A stretch of 63,028 nt of DNA, filler included, from Octopus bimaculoides (GCF_001194135.2; 5 parts of 5 records of this genome joined end to end with filler, not necessarily neighbours in it); one strand, 5' to 3'. Shown: positions 40,301 to 53,009, counted from the first letter of the whole stretch. Numbers and translations are program-made. The notes: generated from the letters alone by a model not told the origin.

Positions 40301-40515
40301 ATACTACAACATAGAATGCCATTTCAGAAAACCCACATGCCGGCTACCTAAAGGATTTACTGAAAGTATGAACAGTATCAGAGAGGCTGCCCCTTGAAAT
40401 ATACCTCCGCGTTATTGTACTTTATCAGTGATGATACAACCACACCTTGTACTTAACTTCAAGATGGTGGCCCACGATGATGTCAAGTCAGCTATGACTT
40501 TGACAACGCTCTCAG
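37372..40515 (-). mobile_element. R4/Dong-like non-LTR retrotransposon remnant (RT, CCHC, RLE), interrupted at ~39170-40311
   Basis: 'GIFQG...LFILSVNPL' (40340-40420), 'KITHCLFVDDLKLY', 'EFGQDKC', 'FEGYVFAIQEQEI' and 'RHDVV', plus the RLE tail; many stops. Confidence 0.85.
39170..40311 (+). mobile_element. Pair of ~390-420 bp LTR-like direct repeats around ~320 bp of internal sequence
   Basis: 39170-39563 and 39886-40311 are collinear. Both start TGTGG and end near CA, and purine-rich 'gaaaggaggag' precedes the second. No PBS or TSD seen. Confidence 0.6.
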
Positions 40516-40720
40516 GCACTTTAACATGTATGTATGCATGCATGTACGTGTTTTAACGGGGAAAAAGCGGTGCGTCCACCAATAATACGCTATCGTATTC
40601 TATTCCTCAACTGTTGCCTCCCATTATCCTCAAGTCTACACCACGGTGAAATGACCGAGTTGTTAGAGTCGGATTATGTGGCTTGCTCTCTAGCGTTACG
40701 GTCTTTTACATTTTACATAC

Positions 40721-40759
40721 AAATGTCACTGAGAATAGCTGTTCCTTTCGTCCTTCCAT
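40721..40759 (-). CDS. Candidate first coding exon (MEGRKEQLFSVTF), gene unknown
   Basis: Kozak-like gatcATGG, donor TTT|GTATGT and a possible upstream acceptor at 40809, in a locally CpG-richer stretch. No homology recognised. Confidence 0.2.
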
Positions 40760-41079
40760 GATCGAAATAGATAAATAAATAAAGTTGTAGCAAAGTACTG
40801 GCGTCTACCTGCATCGTAAATGCGAATAAAATTATAATAGAAAAGACACGACTTTGACTTTCTTCTTATGTGATCGATAAAATTAGGAGACAAGGTATTA
40901 TGGTGGATATAATAAACTAAAGATTCTCTTGGAGGCCATGCCCCAGCATGTCTTGAGGTCAAAGACCGAACCAGTAAACATGATCTATATATATATATAT
41001 ATGTGTATGTATGTATGTATGTATGTATGTGTGTGTGTGTGTGTGTGTCGTTCTTTCGGTATGTATCTTCAGCTATACC

Positions 41080-41398
41080 AGGGGCCGACCAAATCCTTGT
41101 GAGTGGATTAGGTAGACGGAAATTGAACAGAGCACATTGTACACACATATACATATATAACTGTATCTCTGTGCTTGTCTTTGTCTCCATCACCGTTGGT
41201 CTGTTCACGTCCCTGTAACTTGGCAGTTTGACAAAAAGAGAGCAACAGAGTAAGAACAGTCTTATTGAAAAAATTTAGTACTGGAGTCGATGCCCCAACA
41301 TGGCTTTAATCTAATAACTGATGCCCCAGCATGGATTTAATGTAATAACTGATGCCCCAGCTTGGCCTTAATCTAATGACTGAAACAAGTAAAAGACA

Positions 41399-41400
<2 letters not shown>
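41080..41400 (+). mobile_element. SINE family A, partial, with short internal tandem duplication 'ctgatgccccagcatgg..ttaa'
   Basis: Core 'ccgaccaaatccttgtgagtggattaggtagacggaaa' and the 3' part are present. Confidence 0.7.
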
Positions 41401-41437
<37 letters not shown>

Positions 41438-41537
41438 NNNNNNNNNNNNNNNNNNNNNNNNNNNNNNNNNNNNNNNNNNNNTTAATTAATTAANNNNNNN
41501 NNNNNNNNNNNNNNNNNNNNNNNNNNNNNNNNNNNNN
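41438..41537. other. Synthetic scaffold join (44 N + TTAATTAATTAA + 44 N)
   Basis: Identical to the join at 20404-20503. Confidence 0.9.
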
Positions 41538-42094
41538 ATATATACCAGTTATGCAAGAAAGAAGAGTCAACTCTCGAAAGTCACATATTTCTCACTATAA
41601 ACAGAACATGCACAAAGAAAAATAGTCATCTCAGTATCAACTCATTTCACCAATAGTGCTAAACACTTAGGATCATTAGCTGAGATTACTACATATAACT
41701 ATTCTTTCAAAATATATTCACTACATCGTGCGCGTCTGTTCGATTGAATGCCCCCGCGATATTCAAAAACGAATATTGAGTAAGTAAAACTTAGAAAAAA
41801 AAAAGATATTATTATTAAAAAAATAAGATATGATTATTATAAAAATGATAATAAGAAAGTGGCCAGCAAGCTTTACCAACATTAATAAATATACATAAAA
41901 ATTTAAGGTTTTATAACCTAATGTAGTGTATTTATTTGAAAGAATAAATATATGAAGTAAGTTCAGCTGATGATCCTACGTGTTTGGCACTAAAGGTGAA
42001 ATCAATTGATACTGGGATGACTGTACGTTTCTGTACATATATGTGTATACTATACTATATTATAATATATATATGTACTGTACTATATTCTTTT

Positions 42095-42310
42095 CTACTC
42101 TAGGCACAACACCCGAAATGTTTTTTGGGAGAGAGGGGCAGTCAATTAGATCGATCCCAGTACACAACTGGTATTTAATTTATCGACCCCGAAAGGATGA
42201 AAGACAACGTCAACCTCGGCGGAATTTTAACTCAGAACGTCAAGACAGACGAAATACTGCTAAGCATTTCGCCTGGCGTGCTAACGTTTCTACCAGCTCG
42301 CCGCCTTATG
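42095..42310 (-). mobile_element. SINE family B
   Basis: Reverse complement of 46364-46580. Confidence 0.85.
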
Positions 42311-42376
42311 CACTGTATTATATCATAATATATGTATGTATGTATGCATGTATGTATGTATGTATCTCTCTCTCTT

Positions 42377-42421
<45 letters not shown>

Positions 42422-42744
42422 NNNNNNNNNNNNNNNNNNNNNNNNNNNNNNNNNNNNNNNNNNNNNNNNNNNNNNNNNNNNNNNNNNNNNNNNNNNNNNN
42501 NNNNNNNNNNNNNNNNNNNNNNNNNNNNNNNNNNNNNNNNNNNNNNNNNNNNNNNNNNNNNNNNNNNNNNNNNNNNNNNNNNNNNNNNNNNNNNNNNNNN
42601 NNNNNNNNNNNNNNNNNNNNNNNNNNNNNNNNNNNNNNNNNNNNNNNNNNNNNNNNNNNNNNNNNNNNNNNNNNNNNNNNNNNNNNNNNNNNNNNNNNNN
42701 NNNNNNNNNNNNNNNNNNNNNNNNNNNNNNNNNNNNNNNNNNNN

Positions 42745-42783
<39 letters not shown>

Positions 42784-43146
42784 GGAAAAGGATCAGAAGA
42801 CCGAACGTCACCTGATCATAGATTAAGAGACCGAAATTCCATAATATGGAATGCTTGAAATATCGAAAAATCAGAATACTGAAAACAGGAACCTCCGAAA
42901 ACCACAAAATCTGAATTTTGAATTTTTTTTAAGGAGACACGATATGAAAATGTTCTTTGTAGACATTTATTTTCAATTTTGAAATAACAGAAGTTATTCA
43001 AGATACATAGTTGAAAACACTGAAAAATAATCAAACTATACTGCAAAGATAGGGCATCGAAGATATAAAGATAATGTTAATAACTTATTTATTTAATGCT
43101 TTCATTCTTGAAACTCCCTCATTGCTGAATATTTTCGTTCTTTCAG

Positions 43147-43530
43147 GTGTGGCTGTGTGGTAAGAAGCTTGCTTCCCAACTACATGGTTCGTGGTTCAGC
43201 CCACTGCGTGGTATCTTGGGAAAGCGACTTCTACTATATGGCCTCAGGCCTATCAAAGCCTTGTAAATAGATTTAGTAGAAGGAAACCGAAAGAAGCTTG
43301 TCGTGTGTGTGTGTGTTCGTGTTTGTGTTCGTCCTCCAACCCCACTGGACAACCATTGTTGGTGTTTTTGCGTCCCCGTAAATTAGTGGTTCGGCAAAGA
43401 CCCCGATAAAATAAGTACCAGGCTTAAAAAATAAGTATTAGGGTCGATTCATTTGACTAAAAAACCCTTCAAGCGGTGCCCCACCATGGCCTCTGCCTGA
43501 TGGCTGAAAGAAGTAAAAGATAAAAATAAA
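43147..43530 (+). mobile_element. SINE family A, near full length
   Basis: tRNA-like head, central core, (GT)n spacer and 3' 'cccttcaagcggtgccccaccatggc...ctgaaagaagtaaaagata'. Confidence 0.85.
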
Positions 43531-43628
43531 TACCCGATAAAAATACCAAATTTTGAAACGGCTTCCATTTTCGATTGTCTTCCATGTTCTATCTCTATTA
43601 TACGCTTTGCTTTTTGACGAAAATATGT

Positions 43629-44108
43629 TTGAATAGTAATGTTCATCGCCTCTTCAATATGGCTGTTCCGTAGGAACCGACATTGCTACCGTTTTTAACT
43701 CCAGGAGGACACCTCCTCCAGCTGGTGGTCGATGCAATCTGAGCCCGATATACATTGCAAGCAGGACAGCGAACCTCCCACCATATTCCTGCGACGACGG
43801 GGCCAGCAGACGGTCCGATTTCGAGCTATTTGTGCTTATCCTCAGTGGTCGACACATGTCCAAGAGAGATAGCAGTAGTTCGCTTTAGCTCGCAATATAC
43901 AGAAACATAAGTGACAACCAGTCACTGATCTTGCAACAAGCAAACTAGCTAGTCAGAAAATCTCCATAAGAGATGGAAGTAGTAACTATACTGAGAAGTA
44001 ATGTTCATCGGGTGCAGACTGCATCGATAACCAGATAGATAAGTCTCTTCCTGGTGTTAAAAACGGTCGAACAGCGATACTGAAGTGGCGATAAACATTA
44101 CTTCTCAA
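43629..44108. mobile_element. TIR-bounded element, unclassified
   Basis: 43629-43712 and 44043-44108 are diverged inverted repeats around a GC-richer interior. Confidence 0.5.
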
Positions 44109-45983
44109 TATAGTTACTACTTTCATCTTTTATAGATATTTTCTAACTAGCTACGTTGCTTATGTTTGGATATGTTTCTAAAATATATTCTATTTCATAA
44201 TTGCAAATAAATAGCATTGAAGACTGTTTTTTTTTATTATTATTTAAAAATACTGGAGTTCTGACATATCGATTTTACTGCTTTCAGTTTGGGGATTTTC
44301 GTTATTGCTTGCATTCAAAATTTTTATTCTTTGGCCTTATGATCCATAACCCATATTTATATATGTCGAATACAATATACACTAAACTATGCACGAAAAT
44401 ATGCACTATAACATTTCTTTTTTCACTTTTTACCATACGGAAACTTTCCAGTAATATGAGACTCTCTGTGGTGGCGGGGATGTTTAAAACTCACCTAGTG
44501 AAAACATACGCTTATATCTTTACAGAAATACCGTTATATGAAATCTTGCAAAACAAATTCATAAACTATGAAAGCATTTATGTGAAAATATATTTTTGCA
44601 TTTGCAAAAATACTCAGAAATATTTACCTTTCATGCTTAAAATTTAGCACGCACACGCACACACATGTGAGTGTATGTGAGTGCTTGTGTGGGTGCATGT
44701 GTGTATAAATTTAGGTTAGTTTCAAAACTTATTATTGTTCTTATATACTCCTCACATATATGTGTTTGAATATGTATATGGGTGTATAGATTCCCATTGT
44801 TATACTAGGTTAGTGATATTACCCCTACTCCATGAGTGTTCTTCACTTTTGAAGGCCTCACTTAATTCTGTAGGGACTATGACTTCTGAAGGCCTTCCTT
44901 GACTGATAATTTGGCGGTTTTATGTCGATATTCTGTTTCAGTTGTTCTAAGAAAACATGTAAGCAGAGTAAGTAATAGAGTCAGTCTTTACTTTAAAGTA
45001 CTGTTACTGAATATCTCTGTTTGAGAGATTTAGAAATAATAATGTTCCTATGTATATTTAGTATGAATTATTGAAAAAAATACTGGGATTTATTAATCAG
45101 AAGCGTCAGAAAAAAACAATAATTCAAAATCTAATTAGAAATACGCCTGTATTTCTTATTGAATTTCGGGTCTTAATTCAATTAAGCATGCTAACTCTAA
45201 ATTAAGCATTCTAAATATATTTCTGATGGTTAACACAGGATGACTCACTGGCAAATGAAGGCAACATAAATGTATTAATCTTTGATCGACGTCAACGGAG
45301 CAGTGGCCACTAGAGGAATGGTACAAATGAATGAAGGAGAGTATATATTTTAACTGTTTTGAGTGTGGTAGGAATGTAGTACTGTTGGTAATTGTCAATA
45401 TGGTTATCAGTCGAATACAAATATCGAAAAGAAAAATGATGTCGAACTAAATTAGAAATTATTAGTCGGGTATTGCTGGAAGTTGTCGTTGGTACTTGGC
45501 TGTGCGTCATTCATCACCTTGGATATCTACTTACAAAGGCAGACAAAATATTACGCAAGACAATGTGTGTGTGTGTGTATGCATATATGCGCGCGCGTGT
45601 GTGTGCTTGTGTGTGCTTGTGTGTGTGAATATATGTCACTTTGAATCCTGAGTTTCTCAGCCATTGTTAGGATTTTGCGTTTAGTTTATCCCAGTATTTT
45701 CTACGAAGGGGCTTTTCTTGCCATCATTTTATCATGATCCGTTGCTGTTCCAATTTTAGTTTGAATTTCAGTTGTTTTACAGCTTTTGCTGTTTCTTCTT
45801 TTCCTTCATACTTGTTACATTCTTTCTTGTATTTGCTTTCTTAAAGACTGAAAACAGTATTTTGCTTTGTTCGTGTTTTGTGGCTATTTCTTTACTTCTG
45901 AAGTAGGTATTTCTGTAGTCCAATGGTGGTTATTTTGTAATAGTTGTAAAAATTTTGTTCGTGTTTTGTGGCTAATTGTATTA

Positions 45984-46265
45984 GTTTCATTATTATTATT
46001 TTATGTTTGACTTTTGTTTTGCATTTGTACAAGTTGAATCCAAGTCTCACCCAGAGACCTCAAGAGACAACAAGTTAGAAGTTCATGTAGGTGTTATGCC
46101 TAGGGTACCATATATTTGAATTTGTACAGTGTTGTTCTAGAGAATGTTTTAAAATTTGAGATCACATAGACAGTATTTTACGTAGGATATGGGCAGTTCC
46201 CATGAGCACTATCTTTTGAACTTCAGCCATTTTGGGGTATCCTGGTATCTGAGCTAGGTAGTAAT
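45984..46265 (-). mobile_element. R4/Dong-like LINE extreme 3' end with (AAT)n tail
   Basis: Minus translation gives 'AEVQKIVLMGTAHILRKILSM*', then a UTR and an aataataat tail. Confidence 0.8.
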
Positions 46266-46270
46266 CAGCC

Positions 46271-46361
<91 letters not shown>
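46271..46361. repeat. (ATT)n microsatellite
   Basis: ATT run. Confidence 0.95.
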
Positions 46362-46363
<2 letters not shown>

Positions 46364-46580
46364 GGCAGCGAGCTGACAGAGACAATAGCACTCCGGGCAA
46401 AATTCTTAGCGGTATTTTGTCCGTCCTTACGGTCTGAGTTCAAATTCGGCTGAGGTGGAATTTGTCTTTCATCCTTTCAGTGTCGATAAGTTAAGTACCA
46501 GCTGAGTACTGGGTCGATGTAATCGACTGTATCCCTCTCCCAAATTTCCTGCCTTGTGCCTATAGTAGAAAGGATTATTA
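46364..46580 (+). mobile_element. SINE family B, near full length
   Basis: Head 'ggcagcgagctgacaga...ctgagttcaaattc' and 3' 'gccttgtgcctatagtagaaaggattatt'. Confidence 0.85.
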
Positions 46581-46799
46581 ATATAATCATCATCATCTTG
46601 GTCGTAATCGTCATCATCCTTATCATCACCACCATCATCATAATTCAGCAGTTTTATTTTTATTGCGTGCATTCATTTCCCTCAGGTGCAGGTCTGTTTG
46701 CCTTGGAAATGAGCAGTGTTTTATTTTGATTTTGTGTTTTAACTGCATTGAAAGTATTTTAGATAATATATGTGAAATGCTTATTATTGTTTTTTTTTA

Positions 46800-47720
46800 T
46801 TTCCCATATGTTGTCTACATGTGAAGCATATGTGACTTGGTTGCATATTTGTCTGTCTGTTTTTTATCAATTCCCAAGGCACATGTTATATATTCCTACA
46901 TTCATTTTTATCTCAGTTTCTCTTGATAAGTTTACAAAGTGTTAACGTTTCCATTTCTTTTTAGAGTTGCATTATTGTTTGCTGCGACAGCTACTTCAAA
47001 TCTGTTGGGACTGATATTTCGAGTAGGAAGCCATTTTTGTGGGTGGTATTTTATAACTATATCCGGTCGATTAACCTTGATCTCTCTGTCAGTATAGCTA
47101 GGGTTATCCCAGAAAATATTTGCTTTGTAAGGCTCATATATTTTCTAGTGTCTGATTATACCGCCCCTTTCTGTTATTATTTTAAACGTTGACATAACTT
47201 CCAGAGTATAAAAAGAACACTGTCATGGTTGTAGATATATTAACTCCTGGCTTAGACGAACTAACCAGAGACAATGCGATTAATTGTCTGTAATCAATCT
47301 CAAAACATTCTATAAGTACTTAACATATTGTTTCATAACATGCTTGTGGTGATTTCTAGCTGAAACTCTTTGATCTTGTGCCGCTCAAAAAATAGAAATT
47401 CATCAGTCTTAGTTTTATTCGTTTACTTTTCAGGAACTAGTGACGTTTTTCGTAATCTATTTCCTCCCTTTTTTTGTTTCAAGTATTGGTCATGTAAGAC
47501 CTTTCCTTGCTTTTGGTTTAACATAGCTTTGTAGTCCCACTTTTTTTTTTTTGCTGAGGATATTTTTAACTTCTTCTATGTGTATATTGTTGTTCTTCTT
47601 TCTTTTTAATACAGAGTCTATTATCTATTTGATGGCTTCTTCGAAGCCTTGATGGCGCCAGTGAAAGCAGTTCTAGCTAGTGTTTCAACCCAGACAAGAT
47701 TCGATCAGGAAAGTAGGAGG
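46800..47720 (-). mobile_element. Old R4/Dong-like LINE fragment (CCHC and PD-(D/E)xK RLE)
   Basis: Minus translation gives 'KVLHDQY', 'AAQDQ', 'NHDSV..ILWKLCQ' and 'IFWDN..TDREIKVNRPDIV'. Confidence 0.7.
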
Positions 47721-49034
47721 GGAAACAAAGTTTTTACATAAGCAATAATATAAGTTTATTTTTCTATAATAAATCAAATAGAAAGTCGCTTCTCAATATA
47801 ATTTCAAGATAACATTAAATAAATAGAATGGAAGATAGTAGTGTCTGTTCCTGTTTGCTGCGAGTTATAATAAAGCACAAAGCAATTCTTCTGTTTCAGT
47901 GTTTTTGTTGCGAAACAGAATATGATGTTTTTAGGGTTCAACTTTTGATGATATTGCTAAAAAGCAGTATCAATGTTGTGTGCATATCTAATCTGAAACT
48001 TGAACGAAGGTCTCATAATAAAAGAAAAAAAAAAAAAAGAAAGAAAAACAGCAAAATTATCGCTTCTCTACTTGTCGGATGGCTGCCGGCAATCTCGTTA
48101 ACAAGAGAGTCCACCAAATGCTGTGACAGTGGGCCTCGCCATTTTGGCTCCTCCCAAACTAAAGTTCAGTAGCTTTAGTAACTTAGTATATCAAATGTCT
48201 TCGTTGTAATGAGTTTCGCACAATACAAAAGCCATCAATTCAACCCGGCACTCTGTTCGTTTGCCGCATTCTTATCCCACGAAGATAGTTGTATCTTTGA
48301 TAGTGGTTTGATTCATAGAAGAACTTGTTCAATGAGAACACAAGGAGAATACGCAATTTTGCAAACTCAAGTAACTGAACCAAGTTGCCATTAAGTTTTC
48401 TCTCTGATGTCTTCTTGGTATTGTCGCTGAAATGTAATATATTGTCTAATATAAGTGGACGCTACAATGTGTGACAGAACATGATGAATGCTGAGAGATT
48501 CAATGTGTTTTGAAGAAGTTTTTCGGTTCTACTGGCTGTCAACTTTTCTCTTCCGATAACTAATTGTTTCAAGTTACACATTGGATGTAGGTTGATACAG
48601 TATAGCAAAAAACTCTTCCGTAGTCTTTACATTTTTTACATAGCCACCCACTGCTATATTGAATCAGTGAACGTGGGTTAATGTCGTGCAGTTTTAGTTG
48701 AAAATCATTGACTTTTTGCTCGTATCTGCGGCACCTTTATAGCATTGGACGATGCACAATGGGCGTCAACATCAATTAAGTTTCAGCGCCGAGAATTTGC
48801 ATTACAGAAGCAATTCAGTGATGAGTTCAGAAGATGACCGAGAATCAAACACTACTAAAACTGTAGCGCAAAGCAAAGGAGAACTGTTCCATTGGAAATA
48901 TCATTAATTGTGTGTTTTTTTTCTTTTTCGATAAAAGAACTGCTTGAAAGCACCATATTGTGAAAGATTTTCCTCTTGACAAGAACGGATGCACAAGAAC
49001 GAATACGCCGTCTACATACACGCACACACACGTC

Positions 49035-49054
49035 TATTAGGTGAAAGCAGTTTT

Positions 49055-49141
<87 letters not shown>

Positions 49142-49251
49142 AGCTACTACTACTACTACTGCTGCTGCTACTATTACTACTATTACTACTACTACTGTTG
49201 CTGCTACTACTACTACTCCTACTACTGCTGCTACTACTACTGCTGCTGCTG

Positions 49252-49288
<37 letters not shown>

Positions 49289-49304
49289 CACTACCACCAC
49301 CACC

Positions 49305-49399
<95 letters not shown>

Positions 49400-49415
49400 C
49401 ACTACCACCACCACC

Positions 49416-49486
<71 letters not shown>

Positions 49487-49487
49487 A
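49035..49487. repeat. Compound (CTA)n/(CTG)n/(CCA)n microsatellite
   Basis: About 450 bp; produces the poly-S/T/V/L/Y ORFs. Confidence 0.95.
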
Positions 49488-49869
49488 CACCCACATAAAC
49501 ACAAACACAAACAGGTGTGGAAATAAGCACATGCTTGCACACACACGCACATATACACTTACCACATGCTTCCACGTACACACACTACACACTCAGACGA
49601 GTGAATTTAAATTGATCTCCGTTGGTCTCAAATTGACTATTGCAGCTGTTGGATCCACTGAAAGGTTTTGTAAGTAGAAGTAATCCAATAGTAAGTGTAC
49701 GCTTAATGTAATCATCAGCAAAAACCAGTGTGACGGTGTGCGACAAATCTGGAAATTAGAATTGCAGTTACAGCCCATCCAACCGCGCTTCTATTTCTTT
49801 TGTCTACTAAATAACATCTCCCAAAGTCTTAGGGTTTACTCTTGGCTATGGTAAAGGACTTAATATGCC

Positions 49870-50176
49870 ACAAAGTTGGATCGAAACCGGAACCACATGA
49901 GCACCAAGAAAACATCTTAGTTATTTGCTCATGCCAGCAAACACACACGCATACACACACGCGCACGCTTATTCAAATGCATACAAAACGCTCTTTCTAC
50001 AGAGTTGGGACCTCATGAGCACCAAGAAAACTTCTTAGGTATTTGGTTAAGCCTGCAAAGACACATACACACACGCACACACACGCTTATTCAAATGCAT
50101 ACAAGACGTTCTTTTTACAGAGTTAGATCGAAACCGGGACCTCATGGACACCAAGAAAACTTCTTAGGTATTTGCT

Positions 50177-50208
<32 letters not shown>

Positions 50209-50290
50209 GACACACACACACACGTACACGTGCGCGCGCGAGCACTCGTTTAAGTGCATACAAAACACACTTTTTACAGAATCCGAGCAT
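49870..50290 (-). repeat. Tandem array of three ~120-160 bp units with tRNA-like SINE heads
   Basis: Units start at ~49872, 49999 and 50117 (partial at 50276). Minus strand reads 'catgtggttccggtttcgatcc', which is B-box-like. Confidence 0.7.
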
Positions 50291-51235
50291 CAATCTTTCA
50301 ATGTTGGCCAAGTTTAGCGATGAAACCAGATAGCCTTCTATCTCCTCGTACTACAACTCATTAACCGCTTCTACTTACAAAAAAATCAACAGACAATGAA
50401 TGTGTTGAATATGACATGATCACAGCTATGTCTCATGTCAAACTAAACACATCATTATAGTATTGCCAACAATTCTGACAATATCCGGAACGTACGATAG
50501 TAGAATTTACCTTTTGCAAATCTATTTTATTTGCTTGTCATATCCGTAATATGACGTACCAAATGATGTCTGTGATATACAATAGAAATACCATTTACCT
50601 TCTTCCTTCCTTTCCAAGATAGCTACCTACTGTTCCATCATTCATTCAAGCATATACACATTCATTCATTCATTCTTTCATTCACATATACGTACCTACA
50701 TACGTACGTACGTACATACATGCATACGTACATACCTACGTCGTACGTAGATGCATATATATATATATATATATATATANNNNNNNNNNNNNNNNNNNNN
50801 NNNNNNNNNNNNNNNNNNNNNNNNNNNNNNNNNNNNNNNNNNNNNNNNNNNNNNNNNNNNNNNNNNNNNNNNNNNNNNNNNNNNNNNNNNNNNNNNNNNN
50901 NNNNNNNNNNNNNNNNNNNNNNNNNNNNNNNNNNNNNNNNNNNNNNNNNNNNNNNNNNNNNNNNNNNNNNNNNNNNNNNNNNNNNNNNNNNNNNNNNNNN
51001 NNNNNNNNNNNNNNNNNNNNNNNNNNNNNNNNNNNNNNNNNNNNNNNNNNNNNNNNNNNNNNNNNNNNNNNNNNNNNNNNNNNNNNNNNNNNNNNNNNNN
51101 NNNNNNNNNNNNNNNNNNNNNNNNNNNNNNNNNNNNNNNNNNNNNNNNNNNNNNNNNNNNNNNNNNNNNNNNNNNNNNNNNNNNNNNNNNNNNNNNNNNN
51201 NNNNNNNNNNNNNNNAAACAGACACACAAACACAC

Positions 51236-51415
51236 ACATACACATATATACATATATACGACAGGCTTCTTTCCGTTTCCGTCTACCAAATCCATTCACA
51301 AGGCGTTGGTCGGCCCGAGGCTATAGTAGAAGACATTTGCCCAAGGTGCCACGCAGTGGGAGTGAACCCGGAACCATGTGGTTGGTAAGCAAGCTACTTA
51401 CCACACAGCCACTTC
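51236..51415 (-). mobile_element. SINE family A
   Basis: Reverse complement of 60636-60800 and 13763-13930. Confidence 0.85.
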
Positions 51416-52369
51416 TACGCATGCATACGTACATACATACCCGCATGCGTAAATACATACATACAATTTGACATAATCACTCTGTCATTGGCAGGTGCGT
51501 ATACAAACTCTACTTATATATCTCTCACTATCAATAAGCAGTTGATGTTGCTTTTCAACCCAGGGCAGTTTTCGTCTAGTAAGCTTTTGATCAAAGGTGT
51601 TCCAGCCGTGACTATACTGTCATATTTTTGGGAATAGTACATATGTGATTAAATTATTCAAAATATGATTTTTATAGAGTGTGCAATTTGAGGGAGGCTT
51701 AGCAATTTCTAGAAAATACTCTCTATTATATATTATATATTGAGTATTTCTGCTATGAGTATGCATATGTATAATTATGGTGTGTATTTGTAATTAATTT
51801 GTCTGCTCGTATACGTATATATATATATATANNNNNNNNNNNNNNNNNNNNNNNNNNNNNNNNNNNNNNNNNNNNNNNNNNNNNNNNNNNNNNNNNNNNN
51901 NNNNNNNNNNNNNNNNNNNNNNNNNNNNNNNNNNNNNNNNNNNNNNNNNNNNNNNNNNNNNNNNNNNNNNNNNNNNNNNNNNNNNNNNNNNNNNNNNNNN
52001 NNNNNNNNNNNNNNNNNNNNNNNNNNNNNNNNNNNNNNNNNNNNNNNNNNNNNNNNNNNNNNNNNNNNNNNNNNNNNNNNNNNNNNNNNNNNNNNNNNNN
52101 NNNNNNNNNNNNNNNNNNNNNNNNNNNNNNNNNNNNNNNNNNNNNNNNNNNNNNNNNNNATATATATATATATATATATACACACATGGTAAATAAAAGA
52201 CGGAAGATGGAATATACGAGATCGATCTCTCACGGGTGAGACGCTTAACAACTGCTTTAGGAGCATCCGGCGGTGCAGATGTGACTCATCAGGTGATAAA
52301 GAGATACAACTCATCAAAATAACACTAATCCAAACACAAGCACACATATACATAGATATATACATATAT

Positions 52370-52525
52370 AGACGACGTGTTTCCTTCAGTTTCTGCCAAC
52401 CAGATCTTTTCAAAAAGCTTTGGTCAGTCTGGTGTTATTGTGGAAGACACTTACTAAAGGTGGTACGCAGTGGAACTGCACCCAAAACTATGAGCTTGGG
52501 AAACATTATTACATAGCCATGCCTG
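52370..52525 (-). mobile_element. SINE family A, degenerate
   Basis: 'ttccttcagtttctgccaaccagat...aagacactt...gtacgcagtggaactg'. Confidence 0.6.
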
Positions 52526-52711
52526 TTATATTTATGTGTGTGTATGTGTGGGTGTGTAGTACTAGTTTATTTAAATATTATAAAATTGTAAAATTGTAAA
52601 AGATAGCAAATAAATAAACGTGAAAATCAGACTAAATTGGAATTTCATTGCTTAGTATATTCTTCTACACACAGTCATATAAACTCAGATGTGTGTGTGT
52701 GTTAGTGTGTG

Positions 52712-52760
<49 letters not shown>

Positions 52761-53009
52761 GTACGTGTGTGTGCGTGTACGAGAAAGAGAAAGAGAGAGT
52801 TGGGTGCGCGCGTGTGAATGTCAATAGACACAGCCGCCACTGATAAACAAGTATGAAAAGTGGCACGTACCATATTATCCCCCCTTGTTATATGTGCGTA
52901 TGATAGCCCCGTGCAAGCACTGAAATTCACTAGGCCCTCCCACAATTTGACTTCAACGAAACAACGAAGATCTAACAGATGGGATTATTGAGAGCTGCAT
53001 CAGCACTAG

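Noticed and set aside
47800-48900. Possible decayed LINE endonuclease or other coding remnant on the minus strand
   Set aside because: Too degenerate to assign from recognisable motifs.
48855-49677. Poly-Ser/Thr/Val/Leu/Tyr ORFs resembling mucin or low-complexity proteins
   Set aside because: All six frames are open because of the CTA/CTG/CCA microsatellite; there are no splice signals or unique domain.
52225-52300. Minus-strand CTGATGAGTCAC next to the palindrome GAGATCGATCTC
   Set aside because: No GAAA at the required position, so it is not a supportable ribozyme.
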